The notes under the pieces are model-generated. The model was not told where the DNA came from, did not search any database, and saw nothing but the letters and a program-made list of their open reading frames with translations. This document shows, piece by piece, positions 26,860 to 37,205 of a stretch of DNA of 64,000 bases. Each line of letters opens with the position of its first letter. Within the stretch, counting starts at the first letter, position 1. The position numbers and the translations under genes are program-made. Origin of the DNA: Nitrosopumilus sp. (lineage in GTDB: Archaea > Thermoproteota > Nitrososphaeria > Nitrososphaerales > Nitrosopumilaceae). The stretch is from the NCBI GenBank assembly GCA_965223425.1, contig OZ245003.1:1216001-1280000 (forward strand). The letters are read 5' to 3'.

Positions 26860-28205
26860 TTTGATGCCTCCTTTAATGCCTGTAACATGGCTTTGGCTTT
26901 GTGTTCTGTCTCTTTGAACTCATATTCTGCTACCGAGTCTGATACAATGCCTGCCCCTGATTGAACAAACCCTTTTCCATCTTCTAAGAATATGCTCCTG
27001 ATGGCAATTGCAAAATCACAGCACCCATTAAATGAAAAATACCCCACGGCTCCCGCATACGGCCCTCTGGCTTCAGTTTCCAAGCTATCAATTATTTCCA
27101 TAGCCCTGACTTTTGGCGCGCCTGATACGGTTCCGGCCGGAAATACTGCTTTGAATGCATCAAACATGTCCTTTTCAGGCGCCAAATTGCCTACTAGATG
27201 AGTAACTATGTGCTGAACATGGCTAAATTGCTTGATCTGCATTAGTGATTCTGGATGCACTGTACCATATTTACAAACCCTGCCAATGTCGTTTCTTCCC
27301 AAATCCACTAACATGGTGTGCTCTGCAAGCTCTTTTTCATCATGCAGCAACTCGCCTGCTAGTTTTTTATTACTTTCTTCATCGTCAGTAATCTTTCTGG
27401 TCCCTGCAATGGGAAATGTTTCTACTTTATCGCTTGTTATTCTGACCAGCATTTCCGGGGACGCACCTATGATTGTTTTCTTGCCTTGTTTTAGATGATA
27501 CATGTATGGTGACGGATTTAGTTTTCTTAAAGTCTTGTACAATGTTAAATTATCTCCATTTGCACCAAATGAAAACTTTCTTGATAGTACCGCCTGAAAA
27601 ACATCCCCATCATGAACGTATTTTTTTGCTTTGTTTACAATCTCAGAAAATTTTTCTTTATTCATGTTTGGAATGATTTCACTTGAATGAAACTCATCAA
27701 ATTTACCTTCATCCATTTCTAGCTGATCAAATCTGTTCTCGTTATGGTAGAAATAAAACAATTTTTTATGAACATTATCATATAATATCCCGTCATCATA
27801 TATTCCAAATTCCATTAATGGCTGTGGCGCTGAATGAGAATCCGGAATATTTTCTACCATTCTAATTGCGTCATAGTTTACAATTCCCACTGCCCCTCCG
27901 AGGTACCTGTAACTCTGATTTTCTGATCTTCCTACTAGTTTTTTCAGCTCTTTGAATGGATCCTTTGTTTGAACGGTCTGTGTTTCTCCCTTTGCTGTTA
28001 TTTCCACTTTGTCAGTATATCCTTTAAAAATAATTTTTGGATCAAATCCCATCACCGATGTTTCAGCTAGAACTTCAGGACCGGTTAGTGATTCAAAGAG
28101 AAATGAGTGGGCATAATTTCTAGAAATTTTATTATAAATTTGAAATTGGTTTTCAGATAAATCTAGGGGTATTACTTTTGCTTGCGAATTTCCAAAGGCA
28201 TCCAC
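26856..28205 (-). CDS. trpE: Anthranilate synthase component I
   Basis: NPSPY, EHTMLVDLGRND and FPAGTVSGAPK motifs; first gene of the operon. Confidence 0.97.
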   Translation of the reverse strand: MDAFGNSQAKVIPLDLSENQFQIYNKISRNYAHSFLFESLTGPEVLAETSVMGFDPKIIFKGYTDKVEITAKGETQTVQTKDPFKELKKLVGRSENQSYRYLGGAVGIVNYDAIRMVENIPDSHSAPQPLMEFGIYDDGILYDNVHKKLFYFYHNENRFDQLEMDEGKFDEFHSSEIIPNMNKEKFSEIVNKAKKYVHDGDVFQAVLSRKFSFGANGDNLTLYKTLRKLNPSPYMYHLKQGKKTIIGASPEMLVRITSDKVETFPIAGTRKITDDEESNKKLAGELLHDEKELAEHTMLVDLGRNDIGRVCKYGTVHPESLMQIKQFSHVQHIVTHLVGNLAPEKDMFDAFKAVFPAGTVSGAPKVRAMEIIDSLETEARGPYAGAVGYFSFNGCCDFAIAIRSIFLEDGKGFVQSGAGIVSDSVAEYEFKETEHKAKAMLQALKEASN

Positions 28206-28353
28206 CCATAGACAAAATTTTGGCGGTTTATTATTTAAATTGATGAGTAAGTTTTGCTGGTATCCTTTTTGTCTGAAATAGTTGATTCTACAGGCATGAA
28301 CATATTACGGTACAGTACGGTACCTTTATATCATATTTGATCGCATACTAATC

Positions 28354-28545
28354 ATGCAGGTGGCAAATAGGACAATCATGCAAGATATGCAAGTTCTCAA
28401 AAAATCACAGAATGTACAATCAACTGTTTCAGCAGTTGAGTGCTATGTATGCGGCAAAGGGCTCCAAGATGGCCGTAGTATTACTGCAAAAACGCTATCA
28501 AATGGCATAGTTCTATTTTGTGATGTTCATTATTCATTGCAATGA
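28354..28545 (+). CDS. Small Cys/His zinc-binding hypothetical protein
   Basis: CYVC...FCDVH pattern; TTTATA box about 25 nt upstream. Confidence 0.65.
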   Translation: MQVANRTIMQDMQVLKKSQNVQSTVSAVECYVCGKGLQDGRSITAKTLSNGIVLFCDVHYSLQ

Positions 28546-29099
28546 ACTTCCAATTCAGAACTTGCTTCTTCTCCTCTTATTTTACTTGCGATAAGCACTG
28601 TCAAAACCATGGCAATATGTGTCAAAGATCTGCTGATCTATTTGTTCAAATCAGACTAACAAGGCATCTGTCTTTTTTTTGGCAGGTATTTTGCATATTG
28701 TTTTTCAACAACCTTTTTTGGCTATTTCATCTAGCTACCCATTGAATAGATCAAAGGCAGAATTCACAATGCATTGTAATTGCTTTGTACCAACGCCAAA
28801 TTTTTCTGCCGTTGCAGCTTCATCCTCACTGCTACCAAATGTCTTTTGTTACATCAGCAGCTTGTCGTAAAAAACCCGTCTGGAATTTTATTTGCCTGCT
28901 TAACTGATACTCTTCAGTTGGAGCATGTTTTTTTACATTGGACACAAACAATCTTGCACAAGTTTCATCCTGGCAGTATCCCTAGGTTGGTACTGATTTT
29001 AATTGTGCCAAATTCAGATGTGTCCTGTTGAATTTTTTATGGCAGTGAAAGAAATGGCTTGCAACCTCGTTTAAATTTAATTGCAAGTGGTTAGATTAG

Positions 29100-29781
29100 A
29101 CACAATCTTGATCTTATCTTGCATATTCAGTAAAATTAACGGGTGTTGATACAACACTGTATGAAGAAGTGTGTCTTGCTAACGGAAAAATACATTGAGT
29201 CATACATCTGATCTATGAAAAATGACGAACAGATGAGTTATCTCAAAATCAAGTGTGATAGAAAGCATCTTTATGCCGTGACAGACGATGAAACCAAATA
29301 TTGGATAGCAAAACAAGTATCAGATCACAAGTACACACAGGACGTAAAACCAATGTTTAGGTAGGCCGTCAAAGTAGCAAAAAACAAACAACTTGTTAAT
29401 CTCAGGTGAATCCCAAAACTTTCATGGGGGTAAAAATACAAATGGAAAGCCAAAAACTTTCTACATAAAGGTACCGAGCACATTAGAGGCATACACATGA
29501 AAAATGACAGAGATAGCAACAAGATAGAAGATTGAGCAGCATAACTAGAGACAGAGAAAAGGTGATCCGTTCCCCTCCAATAGAGGCGGTTCACAGGTTA
29601 TCAAGTGTATACAGATCGTCACAACTTCATTCGTGGACAAGGGAATAGATGGTAAGACACCAGCTAAAGAAGCAGGTGTCAAGACAAAAGGCGCTAACAA
29701 GTAATTACATTAATTCAGAATGCTAAAAAATCTCAGATCGCCAAACTTCCAGTAGAAATAGGTCACTAGTTTGCCAGAACC
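29100..29781 (+). pseudogene. Degenerate IS6-family (DDE) transposase with right inverted repeat
   Basis: Fragments DDETKYWIAKQVSDHKYTQDVKPMFR, NKIE, RDREKV, HNFIR and GKTPAKEAGV broken by stops and frameshifts. Ends in tttgccagaacc (reverse complement GGTTCTGGCAAA). Left border approximate. Confidence 0.75.
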
Positions 29782-29928
29782 AAAACAACAAAAATTTCTT
29801 TAGCTAAAAGTAATTTTTTTTGGCCCCGATTTTTTTAACTAAACACTATCCTAGTTTACCTACGAGTCAGAGACATCTTGCGGTGTTAGCTGGGGGGGGG
29901 CCCAAAAGCTCACATAAACTAGTTAATA

Positions 29929-29960
29929 CAGTCTCCAAAGCAAAGGAGACTGACTTTTTC
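29929..29960 (+). terminator. 8-bp hairpin followed by a T-run
   Basis: cagtctcc-aaagcaaa-ggagactg-actttttc, upstream of the SPFH gene; function uncertain. Confidence 0.35.
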
Positions 29961-29998
29961 TCTGCGATCAGGGACAACCATCAACACATGATATAATT

Positions 29999-30889
29999 AT
30001 GGCGACAACATCTGATCATTATAACATGTCCAGATATGAAAGTCCAAAAATCAATGTCAACATGGGCGCTGCAAAAGGTGTTCTGATTGGAATTATCGCA
30101 TTAATCGTTATTGGCGTGCTAGCTGTTGCTGCAGTACAAATCGTGGATGCCGGACATAGAGGTGTTTTACTTCATTGGAGTGCTGTTGACACAAGTGTTG
30201 CACCGCTAGATGAAGGACTTCACTTTGTAACCCCATTTGCAGATTCTGTAGTGAATATGGAAGTAAGAACACTAAAGTTTGTAAAATCAACATCTTCTGC
30301 ATCTCAAGATCTCCAGACAGTTACTACTGCAGTAACTGTCAACTATCATCCTTCCCCCGAATCCATCCATCACTTATACAAGGAAGTTGGACTTGACTAT
30401 GAAAACCGAATAATTCAGCCTGCAGTGGAAGAAGTTGTAAAACAAGTAACTGCAAATTATAATGCAGAAGAACTAATCACCAAAAGACCTCTAGTAAAAT
30501 CCGATATTGAAACAGAAATTACTTCCCGTTTAAACACATTTAACATAATAACTGAGGTTATCTCAATCACTGACTTTCAATTCTCATCACTCTTTGCTAG
30601 GGCAATTGAAGACAAAGTAGAAGCAGAACAAAAGGCACTCAAAGCAGAAAATGATCTCAGACGAATTGAAGTAGAAGCCAGGCAACATGAAGCACAAGCT
30701 CAAGGCATTGCTGCGGCAAACATTGCCGAGGCCCAAGGGGAGGCCGAAGCAATTAAAATCATCAATGAAGCTCTGGCAAACAATCCAAATTATTTAGAAT
30801 GGCTGAAAACACAAGCATGGGATGGAAAATTACCCCTTGTAGTCGGTGAGGGCGGAACACCTTTTATTCAAATACCAATACAACCATAA
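29999..30889 (+). CDS. SPFH/prohibitin (band 7) membrane protein
   Basis: N-terminal TM helix, VDAGHRGV, EGLHF, SQDLQ, AEELITKR and C-terminal coiled coil, WDGKLP. Confidence 0.93.
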   Translation: MATTSDHYNMSRYESPKINVNMGAAKGVLIGIIALIVIGVLAVAAVQIVDAGHRGVLLHWSAVDTSVAPLDEGLHFVTPFADSVVNMEVRTLKFVKSTSSASQDLQTVTTAVTVNYHPSPESIHHLYKEVGLDYENRIIQPAVEEVVKQVTANYNAEELITKRPLVKSDIETEITSRLNTFNIITEVISITDFQFSSLFARAIEDKVEAEQKALKAENDLRRIEVEARQHEAQAQGIAAANIAEAQGEAEAIKIINEALANNPNYLEWLKTQAWDGKLPLVVGEGGTPFIQIPIQP

Positions 30890-30904
30890 CTTTAAAGTTC
30901 CACT

Positions 30905-31213
30905 CTAGTCTTTTTTATTGCCTTCAGCTTCGTCCCTAATGGAATCATACATTGCAAGAAATTGTTCAGGTTCATGTTGTCTGTAATGCTTTTGAAGTTG
31001 TAAAACCTCTTTTTCTGAAATTTTTTTTCCTTTTTTTACGTGAAACTCTCTTATGATCTGGGATTGAGTTTTTTTGATGTTGTATTTTCTAAGAGTGTCA
31101 TTAACTGATTTGTTGCAAAAATAATCATAAAGTACAAAACGATATGCCAAATAGCCAACTATTCCGGCAATGACAACTATGGTAAGCGGTATGATGATGG
31201 TTGCAACTGCCAT
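30905..31213 (-). CDS. Hypothetical membrane-anchored protein
   Basis: N-terminal hydrophobic helix, host-like codon usage. Confidence 0.7.
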   Translation of the reverse strand: MAVATIIIPLTIVVIAGIVGYLAYRFVLYDYFCNKSVNDTLRKYNIKKTQSQIIREFHVKKGKKISEKEVLQLQKHYRQHEPEQFLAMYDSIRDEAEGNKKD

Positions 31214-31502
31214 ATTTTTTATTAACTTGCTTGGTATTTAAAAACAAAGAGGGAAATTCTATTGAGATAATCCCTTCTAGATGAATGCAATTGGTTCTTG
31301 CTACCTCTTAATTTCTGCAATTTTGTTCCAATTCTGAGACGTAATCATGGTTTTCTGCTATTGCTGGAGATGTATGGTTCCAATCAATATTGCAAAATCC
31401 TAGACTCGGTACCGTTTTTTGCATTTGGTTCTGCTCACGGCATCTGCAAGGCTGAAAGTGTAATAGTCCATAGCAGCATCTATCTGCCAATCAGTTCAGG
31501 CC

Positions 31503-31853
31503 CTATTCGTCCCATATTGGCTGCGTTTTAAGCCATGCAATCAAATTTTGATATAGTTTACTTTTTTGCATGTTTACCACTCCGATCTCTAAATTGGTAG
31601 ATGATTTGACAGTCTTTGCATATTTTTCGTATTTTGCAAAAACTATCTTGTCCAAGTACATCTCGTTTTGCATCTCTTTTTTTGCCAATTCTTCAGATTC
31701 AGTCATGGCAAAGCTTGCAAACAGCACGCCATCTACCCAATACCCGCTGGCCCCTTCTAATGAGGACATCATTCCTATTAGATCATCTAGGCTCAGTTTT
31801 ATTATGTCGCGAACAAAAATTCGTTCATATGGTTTATAGATAAAATCTGTCAT
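31503..31853 (-). CDS. Conserved archaeal hypothetical protein
   Basis: 116-aa ATG ORF with YWVDGVLF, upstream TTAAA box. Confidence 0.75.
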   Translation of the reverse strand: MTDFIYKPYERIFVRDIIKLSLDDLIGMMSSLEGASGYWVDGVLFASFAMTESEELAKKEMQNEMYLDKIVFAKYEKYAKTVKSSTNLEIGVVNMQKSKLYQNLIAWLKTQPIWDE

Positions 31854-31922
31854 GAAATTTGTTTTTTGTAGAGTTTAATGAGTATTTGGAAATTTTATAA
31901 CTGGTTTTTTTTAAATTGCTTT

Positions 31923-32159
31923 ATGGCTGCCAAATCTGATGATTTTTCTGAACATGACATGTTCATCACAGAGTTCCCAAAAAAAGGATACAATATTGTA
32001 GACTATCTGCAAGGAAGAGTTCATTTTGCTTTACTTGATCAAATGAAGCTTATGACCACATCTGGAATGACACAAACCCAAATCAAAGAGACAATCATTG
32101 CCAATGTGACTGAAATTATAAATAACTTTGATCCTCAAAAAGAGTCAAAAAACCCCTGA
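31923..32159 (+). CDS. Hypothetical protein
   Basis: MAAKSDDF...; probable start at 31923 downstream of TTTTATAA; the ORF track starts at 31878. Confidence 0.55.
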   Translation: MAAKSDDFSEHDMFITEFPKKGYNIVDYLQGRVHFALLDQMKLMTTSGMTQTQIKETIIANVTEIINNFDPQKESKNP

Positions 32160-32291
32160 TTCCATTTTCGTTGATTCTGCCATGATAATTTTGTGGCACT
32201 TGCAATAGCAATTAGTATGCGGCATGTCGTTCTGATTTCTATATTTGCACTCTTTTGTATGCTCCATCATTGACATTTTTCAGGAATCCGC

Positions 32292-32699
32292 TTATGCCTT
32301 TGTTGGATCTCGGCTCAATATGTTCAGTACATGCTCTACAATCTGTTTTTGACCTCCGGCATGAAGATCAGTTCGCACCTCATCTGAACCCAAACTCACA
32401 AAAATCAGGTTGCTATCCTCTAATGGGAATGTCATTCTTGTAATTTTTTCAAATGCTGCCACTGCATACAACCCCTTTCCGATTTTTGGACCTAGCTCCT
32501 TTCTTCCTTTCCACGCACTTGCGGCTCTTTTGAGAGATGCCTCTGTTTCTTCTGGGGATAAATAATTTCTGACCCCCTCTCGATGGCTTGTGGCAAGTAT
32601 GATTCCTTCATTATCTGTAACTATGCTATGTCTGATATTGGGATCTGATTCCATTATTCTCTTTAATAGATTCTCAAAATTCATCCAATATCCTACCAC
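32292..32699 (-). CDS. Roadblock/profilin-like thaumarchaeal protein (DUF6659-like)
   Basis: DPNIRHSIVTD.EG...HREG...LGPKIGKGLYAVAAFEKITRMTFPL pattern. Confidence 0.7.
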   Translation of the reverse strand: MVGYWMNFENLLKRIMESDPNIRHSIVTDNEGIILATSHREGVRNYLSPEETEASLKRAASAWKGRKELGPKIGKGLYAVAAFEKITRMTFPLEDSNLIFVSLGSDEVRTDLHAGGQKQIVEHVLNILSRDPTKA

Positions 32700-32840
32700 A
32701 AAATATTACTTAAGAGATCCTAAAAACTTCAGATCTGATTTTTAATTAAAATAAAAAAATGTAAATCTAGAATGCCTGATTGGCGTTTCTTGATTTTACA
32801 CCGGCAATTGAGGCTACATTAAGAGCTAAAATTTGGCATT

Positions 32841-32912
32841 TTATTCTTCTGAAACAAGCCAGGATAATCCAATTGCTTCTTCCCACATTGGTCGATAATC
32901 GTTATCTTGCAT
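32841..32912 (-). CDS. Candidate 23-aa micropeptide
   Basis: MQDNDYRPMWEEAIGLSWLVSEE*; TTAAATA box 22-28 nt upstream of the ATG. Confidence 0.4.
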   Translation of the reverse strand: MQDNDYRPMWEEAIGLSWLVSEE

Positions 32913-33089
32913 ATTTTGATCAAGTAAAGTTTCTATTTAATACAGGTGAATGATTCATCAGTATCAATGATGTGTACAAATTGGTAGTAATTCTTTATAT
33001 CGCATTTTAGCTATTTTTAGTACCCGACCATGTGGTGATGATTCAAAATTCATAATATTTTGAATCTCATCATTTTGATTTGGAATGTC

Positions 33090-33563
33090 TCAGGCATTTG
33101 CAGTTTTTTCATAAAAAAATTCTTGCTTTTTCAAATCCTTTTCAGAAATAATCCTGCACTTTCTCATAGGAACTAGTCTGGAAATTTGCTCGTATGTTTT
33201 CATATCTCTGACATCTGCAGCATATGCAATTTGTAATAATGGTGATTTTTCCTCAATCATTGGTTTTGCTTGCTCATACCCGCTGCTTTGCCTCATCCCA
33301 GTCCTGAATAATCCTACATGCTTGTCACTTTTTGATATTTGCGGATCCTGATAGCAACAAATCGCAAATTCATCATCATCTTTTTCAATAATTGTCAATC
33401 TGGTGAATTTATCACTCCAATCTTCTACTTGTCTTGCAATAGAGATTGCCTCTTTTTTATCTTCAAAAACTGTAGATACAACCAATCTGTCTTTTTCATA
33501 TGCCCACGAAATTCCAAAAAAATTCCTGTGCCAATCAATTTCAAATGACATGTGTCTTGTCAA
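33090..33563 (-). CDS. Hypothetical protein
   Basis: 157-aa ORF, globular composition, no recognised motif. Confidence 0.65.
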   Translation of the reverse strand: MTRHMSFEIDWHRNFFGISWAYEKDRLVVSTVFEDKKEAISIARQVEDWSDKFTRLTIIEKDDDEFAICCYQDPQISKSDKHVGLFRTGMRQSSGYEQAKPMIEEKSPLLQIAYAADVRDMKTYEQISRLVPMRKCRIISEKDLKKQEFFYEKTANA

Positions 33564-33649
33564 AAAATTCTCAAATTAATGCTTTCGAATTCTGTTTAGA
33601 TCCGTAATTTCAAAATTAATCTAATCTGTTTTCAAAGAAAAAATGGCGA

Positions 33650-33916
33650 CTAGCAGTGTTGACCACATTCACAATTTCGACCAAATACAAGATTGCGAAA
33701 GAATCCCCTCATACGATTTTCAGGTACCGATATGTGGGCATGACTATCCCCACCAATAACGGGTTTTTTCTTTCCAACAATTCTGAATAGTGAAATTCCT
33801 GTTTCAGCGCTAGTTCCTTTTAGTGCCCACGAACCGTTCTTCATAAGATATGGCTGTGGATTCACCATTGACACTTTTTTTCGTGCCTTGATATCATATG
33901 CCTGTATTGTTGACAT
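33650..33916 (-). CDS. DUF5679/CC1-like small basic nucleic-acid-binding protein
   Basis: AYDIKARKKVSMVNP..MKNGSWALKG...G.SLFRIVG matches the AYxxKxR..M.NP...KNGR...KG.....G..MFRI pattern. Confidence 0.65.
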   Translation of the reverse strand: MSTIQAYDIKARKKVSMVNPQPYLMKNGSWALKGTSAETGISLFRIVGKKKPVIGGDSHAHISVPENRMRGFFRNLVFGRNCECGQHC

Positions 33917-34217
33917 TGCCTCTAATTGAAAATTTTCTATTATTGATAAAGAGTAAATTTTTTGCAGTTTATAGCTGAAATTATTTCTTTTATCCCCACC
34001 TGAACATTAGTTTTATTTTTTTATTTCAATCAAACAAATGCTTAACCACAGTTTTTCACCACATTCATTTAACGAAATCATATTTCGTGCCTAGGTTTGT
34101 CATATCCTTTATAGTCTGAGTCCTGTAAAAAAAATTCGTTTACTCCTAATTTGCATGCTCTTCAAAGAAAATAATAACTATTGCTAGTGACAACAGGCTA
34201 AATGTTTAATTCTGCCT

Positions 34218-35438
34218 ATGATTTCATTTTGTAACATAGATCTAACTCTTCTATATTATGCCGTCCTTACAGCATTTGCAGTTTTAATGGGTGCTGTATG
34301 TGTGGAATGGGCAAGACTGATCCGGACTGCAAGAGAATCACAAAAACACCTCCCATCAATAGGTGACAGTGAAGAATCATCAAAACCCATGATATCTGTA
34401 ATAGTGCCTGCAAAGGACGAAGAAGAGTATGTTGGTAAATGTATAAGATCGTTACTGGAACAAAACTATGAAAATTATGAGATAATACTTGTTGATGACT
34501 ACTCTGATGACATGACCTGGAATATCATGGACTGTTTTACCAAGAAACACAAGAATGTGACGGCATTTAGCACAAAAAAACCTGCAGAGTGGATGGGAAA
34601 GACATGGGCATGTTCAGAAGGTGTCAAAAAAGCATCTGGAGATATTTTGTTGTTTACTGATGCAGACACATCGTATGAGCCGCACGCGTTAAGCAGAACA
34701 ATATCGTATATGGAATCACATGACCTTGACTGCCTCACACTCACACAAAGACTGAACATTCCAGAGATGTGGGTGCGTGCAACTCTGCCTGCAATCACTT
34801 CGTTTAAACTAGTTTATCCAGATGGGATAATCAGGTATTCTTCAAAAGCAATAAACGATGAAAAGAATTCAATGGGCGGCGTTAACGGATCATTTTTTAT
34901 GGTGAAAAGACCAGTCTATGAAAGTAGGCGGGTTTGAAAAGGTTAAACATTTCATAGTTGAAGACTGGGCCATTGGAAAGAACATAAAAAATGCCAAATA
35001 CAAGATGCGCCTTGTAAACGGTAGTGACATCCTAAGTGCACTGTGGGCGCGTGATCTTCCAACACTGAATAATGTGCTGAGCAGGCTTATGCTGCCTTTT
35101 GTAAAAAACGCAAAAACAAAGGGAATCAATTACGGTCTCGCTTTATTGTTCCTGCTCTTTTTACCATATCCACTAACAGTAATCTCACTTGTCTTACATT
35201 TAGGATATGGTGATTTTTTCTCACTTGCGTTACTAGCCATATCTGCAACTGCATCCTTGTTACACATGATCTCATATGGAATACAGGCAAAGATGTTTGG
35301 AATATCACTCAAAAAGATATTCCTAGCACCCTTGGGAGGATTTGTTGCATCAGTTGGTTTCCTAGATGGCTTGCGCGCAAAAAAGACTGTGTGACGGGGC
35401 CGTCAGATTTCATCAGAAGACATTACAATTAAATCATG
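34218..35438 (+). pseudogene. GT2-family glycosyltransferase, frameshifted with a nonsense codon
   Basis: ISVIVPAKDEE, VDDYSDD, W.GK, FTDAD; frame change near 34920 into GGFEKVK..VED; TGA at 35392 replaces the W of a C-terminal V-W-R-G-R motif. Confidence 0.8.
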
Positions 35439-35725
35439 AATTATTTTGAAACTAGTTTAAAATCAAATAACATCAACTGAGTTAAAATTAATGAAAAAAA
35501 CATTAACAGAACGAGATAATTTCCTGCATCTGCATATACCAAATAATGTTGATTATCAATCAAACATACAAAAAACTTTGGTTTTTTTATTTTTTGCCGC
35601 ATTCACATTAAATGAAATCACGATGCCTTTTTGAATTTGTATTTAATCGCATACAGTACGTTATCAATGGGAATTCTCATGCAATCCTGCAGGCACAAAT
35701 ATGTAAATTCTGTTAAATGAATATG

Positions 35726-35824
35726 AGACCTTATGCGTAATCGATCAAACTAATATTGCTAGATGATTTTTACCTTAGTAAACCAATTTGATTTTGAATT
35801 CTTAGTCGATTACGCATAAGGTCT
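35726..35824. mobile_element. 99-bp MITE
   Basis: Perfect 19-bp TIRs agaccttatgcgtaatcga (35726-35744) / tcgattacgcataaggtct (35806-35824); ATG duplicated on both sides. Confidence 0.85.
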
Positions 35825-35905
35825 ATGGTGGAAAGTGCTCATTAAATAAACAAATGTTTGAAACATGATCTAATTTCTTTTATATCTCAAGGCCCTACTA
35901 GTTAT

Positions 35906-35961
35906 GGCGCCTTCGTTTAGTGGTCTAGGCATGCTATAAACGACCACTACTCCAAGACGTC
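35906..35961 (+). ncRNA. Candidate small structured RNA
   Basis: TTTTATAT at 35878-35885; stems GGCGCCTT/AAGACGTC and TAGTGGTC/GACCACTA; pyrimidine/T-run follows. Confidence 0.4.
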
Positions 35962-36113
35962 TATTTCTCTTGTTTTTTAAATAATGCTTCTTCTGGAGTC
36001 TTTTCTTTGTTTGATTCCCAGTGCCAACTGTGATGTTTTTTCCAATGTCTGTCTAATTCATTTGTAGTTGGCTCTTTTCCAAGCGGTGTACCGCATAACT
36101 TGCACTGCTTCAT
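35961..36113 (-). CDS. 50-aa C2H2-like zinc-finger protein
   Basis: Own translation: MKQCKLCGTPLGKEPTTNELDRHWKKHHSWHWESNKEKTPEEALFKKQEK*. Confidence 0.7.
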   Translation of the reverse strand: MKQCKLCGTPLGKEPTTNELDRHWKKHHSWHWESNKEKTPEEALFKKQEK

Positions 36114-36190
36114 TTTTTAGTTCTCCTGATTTTTTCTTTTTTGGTTTTAATGTCAGATGGCATTGTGCAGGAAAATTTTCATCATCGTCA

Positions 36191-36529
36191 TCATCCATTA
36201 TTTTCCCTCTTCTTTTTCTTAAATGACTTTGTTTTCTCTCTTTTTCTCTTTCTTTCCAAATCCATAATATGGTATGTTTGTCCTAACTCACACAGCTTCA
36301 TTTCTCCTGTAATTTCATCATGAACTGACTCTAGCGTTCCATCTGTTAGTAATTCTCCAACAATGCCCCAAGCATTACTTTCTGAAATTCCAAATTTGTA
36401 TGGTACTGTGGAAATTTTGGTAAAAAAACCGTTCCTTGAATTTCTGATGATAAATTCATGGATTTTTTGTTCTATTGTTAGTGTGGATCCTCTCTTCTTA
36501 AATTTCCTAAATGATTTTCTTTCTGACAA
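36191..36529 (-). CDS. Basic winged-helix-like hypothetical protein
   Basis: KFGISESNAWGIVGELLTDG helix-turn-helix-like pattern with Lys/Arg-rich ends. Confidence 0.6.
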   Translation of the reverse strand: MSERKSFRKFKKRGSTLTIEQKIHEFIIRNSRNGFFTKISTVPYKFGISESNAWGIVGELLTDGTLESVHDEITGEMKLCELGQTYHIMDLERKRKREKTKSFKKKKRENNG

Positions 36530-37205
36530 TGTTTTTTTCCATCTTTTTTAATATTTTAGGTATGATAATTTTCTTCAGGCATGAAAAAAACAATTTTTTG
36601 TGATGATGATCTTGAACAATAATTAGTAGACATTGTTGAGTGCATTTTTTGTTGCAACACCATGTTTTGTATAACATCTTGCATGGTTTAACCTTTTACA
36701 AGATGTTACTTGATCTGTCTAAATAGATAGAAATGCTATTTTTAGCCATATCTGACAAAATATGTTCTAGATCTCTTCTAACGCATATTAAAAAGATGAA
36801 ACATATCTTAACTAGTTGGCATGCGTTGTGTACAACGGTTTATCATCCGTAAAAAAGAGCTAGATCTTTAATTCTGACATTTTAGAGCTAAAACCATTCC
36901 AAAAAAATTAGTGTTTTTCTAGCTGCTTTTGTAATGTTACAAGTGACTAGTCAATATTTTGTTATTTTCTGATATTCAACCAAAACAAAACTTTCTAGTT
37001 AAAAAATAATCATAATCTAATTCTGATTAGTCATTATCTCTGCCATGCCTCTGGACTTGTATCTCTAATTTGTTTATGATTTTTTTTTTTGAATTCTATA
37101 GATAATTCCTTTAGAGTAGATGTCAGAACACTCCATCAAGGCCGTTCTTGTGACTATCCTATGTCTTCTCAAAAAATACAATCAATCTGACAGGTCAGGC
37201 ACGAA

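Noticed and set aside
28545-29040. Possible gene(s) between the small Zn protein and the IS6 remnant
   Set aside because: All frames are broken or implausible; probably a decayed gene I cannot identify.
35392-35394. TGA recoding (Trp/Sec) in the glycosyltransferase
   Set aside because: The gene also has a frameshift, and TGA terminates intact genes such as trpC and trpD.
35906-35935. tRNA gene
   Set aside because: Only a D-arm-like segment; no anticodon arm, TTC T-loop or proper cloverleaf. Kept as an ncRNA candidate.
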